DNA of 64,000 nucleotides from the NCBI GenBank assembly GCA_002633005.1, contig NMRA01000046.1, positions 386,266 to 450,265 of the forward strand. Direction: 5' to 3'. The translations under genes and the position numbers were made by a program. The notes below the pieces were generated by a model. It saw only the letters and a list, made by a program, of their open reading frames with translations, did no database searches and was not told where the DNA came from. Source of the stretch: Phoronis australis. Lineage: Eukaryota > Animalia > Phoronida. How positions within the stretch are numbered: the first letter of the stretch is position 1; each line of letters opens with the position of its first letter. Below are positions 13,001 to 25,000 of this stretch, piece after piece.

Positions 13001-16000
13001 CGCGGTACGTCTCATTCGACTCTTCTGGATACATACAACATATCTAAATTTGACTTTGAGTCCCAAACTGATATTTTCCGAATGTACGCCTCGAGTCAGT
13101 TGTCCTGCTATGCGTGAACTTGGAATCACGCTCTGAATCTCCATGCGTGAACTATAACGCGAGGCATCTTAGTTGACAAGTTCACTCAAAAATCATGTTC
13201 ATGTTCATAAAAGTTTGCACTGCTCTAAATCAAATTACATTTAAATAAAATAATGTTGAGTTTAAGCAATGTTTTCAACTATACTGACGATCTATTTCGA
13301 TTTATTTAGCCACTCACTCAACCCTCCGCCGGCCGTTCTGTGCCGCCAATACGGTAAGGGAGAAAATAAGTGATCTTGCATTCTATAATTAATAAAATTC
13401 TTTTCACTGAACAAAAAAATTCACATGGTCGCCTTAAAGAATATTCAAGATCACGCATACACGATCTTGAGATTAAGCACTGAGGATTCCAAGTTCACGT
13501 ACAGTGGCCCTCCGCTGCCGCAGCCGGTAGAAAGGCGGTCTCAGGCCTATTCGGTATCTCTAAACACTCCGCCAGAGGGCAATGACTACGTTGTCTCACT
13601 TTATGAAAGAAGTTCTTTTTATTGGGTTGTTGCACAATTTTCCAAATGTGGTTAGCGCCGTGCCAGCATAGTCTCACAGGCGTCCTCAGCTTCTGATCGC
13701 CCCCAATATACTATATACTATTACAAGGTATGATTTTCTTGCGACCTCGGTGGAGCAGGACACCTTAAGTCCTTAAGGCGTAAATGGTTTTGGAAGAAAG
13801 AACAATACCATGCATGGTTTGTTGAACCTCTGTTGTGCGTAAATTTATTGAGTTTTATGTTTGTTATGGACGGCTGAAGTGAAGCACACGTGGAATTTCT
13901 AGTCCGGAGTGTCATACCTTGTGGTATTATATACATTGTAATTTTGTATAGTGTATTGTGGATGATCAGAAGCTGAGGACGCCTGTGCTCAGGACAATGA
14001 CAAGGACAAATGATGTTGGCCATTACAACATTTGTCCCTACCTTAAAAGTAAAAGAAGTGATACCCAATCGGGAATCAGCATCATTTGGAGAAATATTTA
14101 TTTGCCCCCTACCCCGTGCCAAAGAGCACAAACTGTTGGTAAAGATGACGTGATAGTTCCCATTGGAAGACGAAGATAAAACAACTTAACTGTTATACAT
14201 AGACACTTTTTTTTTAACAACTCTTGGAACACAATTTTGCCCAAATTTTGAAAATTAAAATCATACCTGTGATACCCCAGGTAGTTGTAAGGCCTAAATG
14301 AAGCAAAATACAGTTGTACCAGTTCCTAACCAAAACAGAAAAAGTCATTATACAGAAATGTCAACACTTTCCACACACTCTCGATGCCATTTTAATTGCT
14401 GAGTAGCTGTGCCGTAAGTTGATGTCATGATTTGTGAAAAGATGCTGACCTAGTTTTTACTTGAACGCCATTTAGAAACGAGAGCAACCCTCAAAATCTT
14501 ATTCTGACGGAAACGGAAACAGACTAAGGACTCATGATTTTGCAAGTGGTCTTTTTAATGACAGATTTAATTAATTTTGCTCTGCTAATTCTTGTTAAGG
14601 AAATGTGAACACAACTGAGGATAATTAATCTGTGTTTTAATCCAAGTGTGATAGGTAGCATGGCACACTGAAGAGAATGGATGCCTTATGGGTAATTTTC
14701 TCTTGTACTGGCAGTGGGAATTTAAGCTTCACATCACTCTTGGCCCAACAGCAATTCGACGCCACACTTGAACAAAGAGCTGGGGGATCTTTGGGTAAAA
14801 CAGACTTGTTGTGTTCTGTATCCACACCGGTTGTGCCCCGCCCCTGAGTTGGCAATGCTTCCTCAGTATATCATCGTGTTGCCAACTATGGCCATTGTTG
14901 TAAAAATAACCAAGGTTTCCCGACCTGGGAATCGTAACAACGATCCTGATAAAACCAGCAAACGTGCTAACCATTCTGTTAATAGATAATTGCTTGTTAG
15001 CGAGTGACTAACAGAGGCTCATATGATTCACCGGAAGCATGTCTACAATTGTTGGTTTGTAGTTGCAATCTCAAGTCTGTTGTAAAAATGGCCTCGGTGG
15101 CTGTGGTTGGCACAGTAGTTTATCTTCTTATCATCTCAATCCAGAAATTGAACATGCATCTCGTACATAATACTAGTTATGTTCCAATAATTTCTAAAGT
15201 TTAAAAAGGCCTTTGAAAAGTGTGTTTGTGGGATTATATGTAACAAGAGCTTTAAGCAATACCTGATTGATGTTCTGTATTGTTTCAGAAATTTCTGCAG
15301 TAAGTCCCCAGCTTGGCAGCACTGAAGGTGGAACCATAATTACAGTTAAAGGAGAAGGGTTTGAAACGGAACGACTGAAGGTATCAGTTGGAGGTACTGA
15401 GTATTGTAGTCATTTCTTACTAGTAAGTCGATGATAACTTGATTTGTGAAACTGTGCCAGCTACTCTTTTTCAGCCACCCAGATTATCCAAATGGTTACT
15501 ATTTACCATTCAGGACATGTCCGTTTTCGAAAAAAGGCCATTTTTGGCAAAATTGTTGCAGATACATTTGTTTTAATAATCATCACATGTGACCACTGTT
15601 TTATTGTGAATTGATGTTCTTGTCTACCCTGTCATGTGTTGTGTGAAGCGTTAGTGTCTTTTAACCTCCCAATGTTTGTTGTATTTTAAAAGAACCCGAG
15701 ATTAGTTATATGCATCTGAACAGTAAATATTGTCTTAAACTAAATACACTTTGTTGCAGAAGCTCTACTTTCAGGCACATGGGTTAGCACTAGTACGTCT
15801 CTGTTGATAAGTATCTTTTTCTTGTCTCTGTTGATCAATACTTATGCATTAATTTTATCTGATTGCAGTAACCTGGAGTGATAATACTAATCACCCTTGT
15901 TGTTTTAGGTTTCCCATGTGATGTGTTGTCTGTGTTGTCATCACAGATAACGTGCAAGACTTCAAAGGAGACTTTGGACACAGACAGCTCTGGTAAGTGA

Positions 16001-19000
16001 AGGAAATGCCTGATTGGCAGTGTAATGTCGGGCTGATCAACAAGGAGATTCCACACCCTATTCATCCTTGTATGTGCTTTAACCCATGCATTTTAATTGG
16101 CACAAGTGTGGAGCTGGACTATAAAGAGAGAATGTAATCTTCACCCCTTCAAAGTACAATTTAAACTTAGGAGGGATTGACGCTTAGCAAAATGTCAAAT
16201 AGTCTTTAAATGCGACCTGGGCCCGGTCTCCAATCTCCGTGTACTGACTCAGGTTTGGTGTATTCAATGTCATACTCGAAAAATCTGTACTAGAAATTTT
16301 GAGCACATACTCAATTTTCGAGTATACTCGAAATGAAGTGTATCTCATTTATATTTCTAGATAAACATTCGTCATTTCTTTTCAACCTTTATTGAAAGAA
16401 TGATGGAGACCTAGAAGTACAAGTAAAGAGAATGCTTACTGTATAGCTTAAGGGTAATGATAATGTACTATAAACGGGATATAAAGTGAATACATGTGGA
16501 AAAGGTGATAATCCCTACCTCTATGTAATGTCAATGTGTAGTCACTAAGACAATGGTGGGAAGCTAGCTACAGAGACACCTAGTGGTTATAGTATGAACT
16601 ATTATATAATTCTCTAATTTCGAGTATGATTTTCAGTAAAAATTCTGAGTATATGCTCCAAATTTCATGTTTGGTCTGGCAGCATGCTTGAAATCGTACT
16701 CGAAAATAAATACGAGTGAGAGAACAAAATATCGAAAGGCCACCGAGAGACACACAAAATCTAAAAAATTAAGTCCTCTTACCACATTTCAGCGCTTCAA
16801 TTTCAGTTCTGAGATAATAGTTTTCATTTTAAATCTTCTTATTTTTCACCTTATTAACCCGCCGTATCACTGTATGTCATCGTCGCCAATTCATAAACTC
16901 CGTCTTACTCTACGATTCCTGGCAACAGGCGCATTCTAATCCCTTGTCGGCGAGTCATTACAAGTGTCGAAAGCAGTTGTGGGAAAAGTCGTGTGAGAAG
17001 TTTGTGCTGCCCTTATTTGAGTAGGTGTGCCTGTGGTTTGTAGGGTTTCCAAAAGACGAGGAGGCGAGGAAAGTTTGCTTCCCTGTCGGGTACATTTCAC
17101 ATCGTAGTTTAGTCATCTATAATTCCTCAATCCCCGAATGGTATTCCAGATTTTGTTTGTCGATTTCTAAGTAGACGTCTCGTCCCGTTCACTAGTGAAC
17201 TCTGAATGCCTGCACATGTCAACTAACTTGATACATCCCGGAAAAATATAAAGATACAGTATCAAAGTTTTGACATCAGCGTAGGTCTACACAGCAATGG
17301 GTTTTATGTCAAGACTAAATTAGCAAGATAGGACAGGGGTTCTTTGATGTGATAAGCTGTTGCAAATTTCTTAAGACATTTTCGGGAGATGAGGAACTCA
17401 TGAAGTAAAGCTTAATTATTGTCAAATGTATCAAATAAATGGTATAAGAATATTGTATTGAAACTGAAAAAATGAATAACAGTTACAGAACACTCAGAAT
17501 TCCGCGTTATACTCTTGCAGTTGTAGCGACAGCAGACAATAGTGTAGGTGCTGGGGTGGTCTATGCTAACAGGGAGCGATGAATCAGCACGACTTTACGT
17601 GGTTTTGCATTTCACATCATGAAGAGTTCCATAGCAACTCGAGTATGAGTGTCAGATTTGAGTACGTTTGGAGTCTACTCAAATGCGACATTAGATAGTA
17701 CGCTTTTTTGAGTACGACTCCAGTGAGCACGATTTTGAGTATGAAATCTCGAGTATGAGTATTAGTCTGAGTATGGAGATTGGAGACCGGTCTCTGGCAA
17801 AATTCCAAAGTTACCATGGGAACAGAGGTTGTCAAACCTTGTTGGTAAGAGCTGAAAATGTAGTGAATGAGATACCTGAGATGATAAACTTTGGAATTCA
17901 GCAAATGTCTGCCGTTCCTCATGAGATTGCACAGTAGACATTTTTTCTTCTCGTTTTATTCAATTAGAAAATTAGGTGTGCCTCCTGTGATGACCAATTT
18001 CTCTCTCTCGGGCCCAATGTCCCACAGGCTCCCCGTTTGAGCTGATTGACACAATATTGGGATCATCCAATGTTTACAGGGGGATTTCAACTTCTGTCTG
18101 TTAACTTACTGTATTTTAAGTGCGTACTCGCATTTCTTGTACAGTGACGTCGTGGTTACCTGGGATTTTTACCGGATTGCTAAACAAAGTCTGAGGTTGC
18201 TAATCATTTCCTGTCTTCAGTAATTCTTCCTGATTTTATGCATACTTTCACTGAAGCTTGGTTGGGAAGTTTTTGTGAGGAATTCAAATCCCACATTTCT
18301 GTCATGTCTTATTTTTACTGTCATCGACAAGGCTGAGTCCTTGACTGATATAGATCGACTGACATCAGTCAAACCTCGGGCACCCAGAGCAACTCAGGGG
18401 GTGACTCCTTAAAGTTACATGCTTTTCCAAGTGGAGTTTTGTGAGAAAAATCTGATGAAACTATACACAATGTCATAGATATATTCTAAGTATGTTTACT
18501 AAATTGCCACCAGAGTCGTGGTATGTGATAATCATCATTGACTGTGTGTGGACTCATGCTTTATCTGTTGTCTACTCTTCCTTGTACTTCACGAAAAATA
18601 ACCAATGAAAAAGATAATCCACTGCTTATCAGTGTATGTATGGGCATAAGTATAAAGCAAAGGATATTTTGCTGGGGCTCTTTTTTGAAGAGAAAATATA
18701 GTTCACAAGCATTTTAAGGAATAGGGTCTTGAACTAAGTCACATTTTTCAGAGATTACTTTTCAAATGCATGAATTTGACCAATATACAATTGTTTTCCA
18801 GCTGTACTAAAAACGAGTGTCGAACTAGGAGACATGTCTGACTACTAATTTAAAATGTGATAATTTTCACTGAAAACTGACGCATCCTTTAGGCAACCGT
18901 GGCTTGACCCTGGAAGTATGGCCAGGACATGTACCTTCATCTGTGGACCAAATTGCTGGCCTCAACTCATCCATGGCTGGCTACTTCACACGTGTTGTGA

Positions 19001-22000
19001 AGACATCAGATACCCAACCTGTGCAGTGGATGGCCAAGGCAGACAACTATGCGGCCAGAGTGCGAGGTTACTTCATTCCACCTTCAAACAATACATATAC
19101 ATTTCACCTTGTTGCCGATGACAATGCGGTGGTGTACCTGAGTTCAGATGAGGACCCAGCCAACAAGGTGAGTTTAGAGTGTGGGTAAAGTTAATACCTG
19201 TGTGTCTTCATTTTAAAGTATTCATATAGCACTATATTTTGATATGCTGACAAAAGTAAATGAATGCATTCAGAGAAGTTAATTTTGTCGCTGTATGGTT
19301 TCAAACTAATGACAGTTCTTTGAAACATTAGCATAGTCAAATGTTTTGAGTGAGTTGAATTTGAAGAAGTTTTGTCTTTTAATTGAATTAAGTTAATAAA
19401 TAATCCAACTTGATTGTTTTCAGGTTGAGATTATTAGGCTGGATTATGCTGTGGCTGCTCATGATTGGTTCAAGGCCCAGTCGCGACCTATTGACCTTGT
19501 AGCTGGCAGGAAGTACTATATCGAGGGCAGCATGTTGGAATACACTGGCCATGGTCACATCAGAATTGGTGTGCGCATCCACAACATAGGTAAACTGTGA
19601 ACTAGTTAAAATGTATAGTATTACTCAATGAAATTGAATATTTGGTTGACACGAACATCACCTGTTATCCTCACTGTATTGACAACTATCGTCATTATAA
19701 ATTTTGCAGATGTTTTTGTGTATCTATTGTTTTCATCTGCATGGTTTTCATTATGGTCGAATCTTTTCCAGGCTTTAATAGTAGGTCTCTGTCCTCAGTT
19801 TTGGCTGATGAACAGCAGATAAAGTTCACATCCACCTACAGTGATGAATTGCAGGTAAATGTTAAGCTTCCCACTGTCACCAATAACTTACAACAAATAA
19901 ATGCTATGCTCTCACTGTCACCAATAAAAAAATTGCAGGTAGTCCGATACCCGAGTTGCATCAGACGTGCGCAGGCCACCTGTATCTGGTCCATTGCACA
20001 AAACACCTGATTTCAAACTCATGAGAACCCTCTTACATATATTTAGTTATCAGGCTCTTTCAAGAAAGGGTTGGAGTTATGTAGGCCATATTTATCAAAT
20101 GCCAAGCATCTGCTGATGCCGAGCATCAGTAAATGCTTGGCATTTGAACCAAGTTCGCAGATGGCGTCTACGATCACCACTGTTTCCACTTGTCTGATCA
20201 TTTCACTTGACTTACCCAGAGGATTTCCCATACCAAGTCTGGTCATGTCACTTTCTCTTCTTTCTATGGCAGTAGGGTCCAGTGATTTCCCAGAGCAGGT
20301 GTCCTCAGAATAAGTTGTTTCCACACATTGTGTTTAAAATCCCTGAAATGGGGGTATAAAACATATCCAGACAAATGTCTATAGCCGGGTACAGCACATT
20401 CGTCTACCCTTAGGGCTTGGCATTTGGTCCAAGATACTGTTAACAGATAGCATCCACAGTCACAACTGGTTCTCACTTAACCGTCTACCCAGAAGGATCA
20501 GTGATTCCCTACAGCAGGTCTAGTCATCTCACACACTTCGGACTCAAGTGTGATTGGGTCCAGTGATTCTCCAGGACAAATGCCCACAGCAGAAGTTGCT
20601 TCCACACACTGTGTGTAGAGTCCCTAAAATGAGTAACTTACAATAAGTCATCTTAGTTTCTTCAAAATAGTACCTGCACACTTTTGGACTTTTTGACCGA
20701 CGTCAAAATTAGAAAAACATTCCAGAGAAAGTTTGAAATGGTAATTGATGAAAAGTAATCGTGGAATTTTGGTGTTTTATGCACTGCACAACCTGGTGAA
20801 GTGGTGTCACAAAATTATTACAAGTATTCTGAGTTTACAAAATACAGTTGATTGGTTAGTTTGTGATCTAGTTGTATAAAAATTATAAAATTTTAGCTTA
20901 CTGGGGTTTTTCAGTCTGATTTAAGAAGAATCGAAAAAAGTGATGAACTCTTAGAAAGTTAGCTGGTGTTTTCATCTATCTCTATGGTGTTGTGTAGAGT
21001 TCCTTTTGTGATGTGATTATTTATCTTTTAATATGTAAAAATCTGATTTTATGTGAAGGAAAATATATTTTTATAATTAGACAAAAACTCATTGTATCCA
21101 CCTAACTGTTGAATTACTGATTTGTAGCACAGCACTAGCAGATAAATATAAATGGGTTCTGATCGCAAAACTTGTTTGTGGTACTGAAAGACGGATCTCT
21201 ATCAGGAACACTTCTGCATATTATCTTCTTTGTTACATTTTTTTTTCATTTGGACTTTTTTGTTAGAAACTGGTACAATAGACTGCTGTCCTTTGTGCAT
21301 GCAGCCAAGGTAGGTGACAGATTACATCAAACCATAGTCAAGTTATTGTCAACATGATTTTGTTGTCATCAACATGCATGCACATTTCCTTCTAGTATTG
21401 AATGCTTGGTGTCACCATCATTGTGTTTTCAGACTGTAACTGTTGGTAACACAACTCAAAAGTTCAGATTATCCTGGGATGGTGCACAGACTCAGGAAAT
21501 GTCCCTGTCTTCATCAGCAAGTCAGGTAACCCAACTGCCTTTGCAAATTCTTCTGCATTTTTTAGACTTACGAGGTTGTACTCATGTGCAATATCTTAAA
21601 TTCCGTAAGCTCTAACCCCTACAAAGTACATATTTTCTGAAATGTGAATAAATTTCCTAAAAAATTATCATTCTTTTCATGATATATTTACGTTTTTTAG
21701 TAAATCCTTTTTACTTTGAACAGAAATTTTAAAAATATTGTTCCTCCAATCATATTTGTCTTTTGTCAACATGTTGATGAGGGCATTTTCGAGGGAACTG
21801 TTTCTCAGATTTTTATGTGCCCACATATTTATATGTGGATGCATTATGCCGTCATCTCCGTCCGTCCGTTCGGGCGGCGTCCATCCGTTCGGGCGGCGTC
21901 CGTCCGGCGTCTGGCGTCTGCTGCTCTATCTCCAAAACCCTTTGACTTACATTCATGAAATTTGGCACATGTGTTCCATTCATGAATGGGACGGCATGAG

Positions 22001-25000
22001 TAAACTTTCGGACGGATGCGACTACCGGTGTGCCCCCTAGTGGCAATTTTACTTTTTTACGCTTATCTTTGTATCTTCAAAAGTCCTGAACGGATTTTCA
22101 TGAAATTTGGTATGTAGGCACCTATTAGTGAGATGACGCTATCCTCCCGTTTTCGGATAGATTCAACGTAGTTTGCACCACCTAGTGGCCATTTTTACAT
22201 TTTTCGAGTCGTTTTTTTTTGAGTCCACCCCTCCATCAACCAAGCCGCTCAAAGGAAGATTGTGAAAATTGGCATGTATGTGCTTACTATGAAGAGGACG
22301 GTTGACGATGATTTTCCGAAGATTTTGACTACTGTGGCGCCTCCTAGTGGCAGTTTTTTTTTGCGCCTATGACTATCTCCTAAACCATACGCAGGATCTT
22401 TACGAAATTTAGTGAGTATATTTATATATTTATATGATGTAAAAAATGTACGACCATGACTTTTGGACAGATCCAACTACCGGTGTGCCCCCTAGTGGCA
22501 ATTTTATTTTTTTATATTTACCTTTGTATCTTCAAAAGTCCTTAACAGATTTTTATGAAACTTAATATGTAGGCACCTATTAGTGAGGTGACGCTATCGG
22601 CCTGTTTTCGGATGGATTCGAGGTAGTTTGCACCTCCTAGTGGCCATTTTTACTGTTTTCGAGACTGTTTTTTGCGTCCACCCCTCTATCAACCAAACCG
22701 CTCAAAGGATGATTGTGAAAATTAGCATACATGTGCTTACTATAAAGAGGACAGTTGACAATGATTTTCCAACGATTTTGTCTACTGTGGCGCCTCCTAG
22801 TGGCAGTTTTGTTTTTCTTGCGCCTATGGCTGTATCTCCTAAACCGTTTGCAGGATCTTTACGAAATTTAGTAAGTATATTTATATGATGTTGGCTACGG
22901 ATGACGACGACTTTTGGACAGATCTGACTACTGCTGTGCCCCCTAATGGCAATTTTAAGTTTTTTACATTTAACTCAGTATCTTCAAAGGTCCTCAACAG
23001 ATTTTCATAAAATTTTAAATATAGGCATCTATTGGTGTGATGACGCTATCTTTCTGTTTTTGGATGGAATCAAGGTATTTTGCACCACTTAGTGGCCATT
23101 TTTTGCTGTTTTCAAATCTTGTTTTTGGTGTCCACTCCTGTATCAACCAAATCATTTGAAAATTGGCATATATGTTCTCAATGTGAAGATGACCTTTGAT
23201 GATGGTGACTGACTGCTGTGGGGCCTCCTAGTGGTAGTTTGTTTCGCGCCCATAGTTGTATCTCCTAAAACCACTGTAGGATCTTTACTAAATTTAGTAA
23301 ATGTATTTATATGAAGATAACAACAGACGATGTTGACTTTCAGGCGGATCCAACGGACCCTGTGCCCACTAGTGGCAATTTCATTTTATTCTGTTTTCCT
23401 TTGTTTCTCTGAAGTTCCTTGACAGATTTTTATGAAATATGGCATGTTCTTGTTTTTGAATGGATTGTATGTTTTTGCGCCATCTAGTGGCCATTTTTAT
23501 GATACAAATAAATAACCCTAAAAGCACACCATTTACAATGCATTCGTGGGCGCATTTCAACGCTCCGTGTTGCTCTTGTTGAAATAGGTCTTAGTTTTTC
23601 AATCATCGACTTTTTAGAAAATTTTTAGCAAAAACAGCCTTAGTCCTCATTTTTGAAGGCTTCATTTCAAAAGTCTGACACATGGTTCTTTCAAAAATAC
23701 TGTTATCAACATGTTGACCAAAGACCAATGCGATTGTAGGAACAATACTGTCTTTTTAAATCTCTGTTCAAAGTCAAAAAATATTTTTTTTTACTGAAAA
23801 ACGCATATAAAGACGAGTGGATAAGAATTAAAGTTTGTCAGGAAATTTAGCCACCTTTCAGAAAATATATACTTTGTAGGGGTTAGGGCTAATGGAATTT
23901 AAGTTATTTGCACTTAAGTACAAATTTGCAAACAAGGTTCACAGTTACCTTATATTTTGGGATATTTTTATTGAGTTATTTAAACATCCATATCAGTTTA
24001 AATAGATTCACCTTTTCACCGGAAATTGCGGAAAATAATTGCTCTATCTTGCCTTGAAAATGCATTTTACTCAGTCATACACAGTAGACTGAATCATCAA
24101 GCATTTTGAAGCAACTTTCATGTTCTCGTTACTGTAAACATTTCATAAACTTTACTGGAACAGAATAGAGAGATTCAGGCACAACATAGGTGCAGTTCAG
24201 TAGTCAAGTGATGTAGAAATATTAAGTATGTTATATGTTGTACCCAAGCTGAACTGGGTGTATTTGGTCCTTGCAACATACTGTGAAGGAGGTGGATAAA
24301 CTGGTGCTTACATCTCTGATGCTACAAATTCTGTCAACTGCCCTGGGTACTTTTGAATTATTGACTTTTTTCTGCAATATTTATGTGTGCATAGCATAGT
24401 TGCCTGTTGTCTGCCTTCACCGTTTTTTTGTGATTTATTAAAATAAAGGAAATAATTCATGTTCAGGTTGAAGACACACTTAATGATCTCTTGAGTGCCC
24501 GCTGTACTATTGAGAAGGCACGGGCATTCTTCACTCGTGACTATGACCAAGCTAAGACTGGAGCTGAGTGGGGCTGGAGGATGAACATTTACAGTTACTG
24601 CGGCAGACAGTCATTAATGTTGGGTTACAAGTCACAGACTATCATATTCTATAAGGACATGGTGACTAATGGCAACAGGAAATATGGAGCATACAACCTG
24701 GAGAGATTCAACACAGTAAGTGTGGGAATTATAGTGAAAAAGTGTTATTGTAAGAGGTTAGTCCTGCCCATGTGATCCTCATGCACAACAGGAAATATGG
24801 AGCATACAACCTGGAGAGATTCAACACAGTAAGTGTGGGAATTTATGATGATGAATGACTAGTGGCAACAGGAAATATGGAGCATACAACCTGGAGAGAT
24901 TCAACTCAGTAAGTGTGGGAATTATAGTGAAAAAGTGTTATTGTAAGAGGTTAGTCCTGCCCATGTGATCCTCATGCACTAAGTGCACCCTCAAGTTGAA

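Noticed and set aside
14730-14985. tRNA gene
   Set aside because: A/B-box-like motifs are degenerate and I could not build a cloverleaf; more likely a SINE head.
21267-21309. AG...GT-bounded candidate exon between exons 15 and 16
   Set aside because: In the required phase 0 it reads KLVQ* and its 43-nt length would shift the frame.
21716-22888. ORFs in the HINE copies (also 40540-42068 and 54470-55388)
   Set aside because: Chance frames in non-coding tandem repeats; not conserved between copies; no Rep/helicase motifs.
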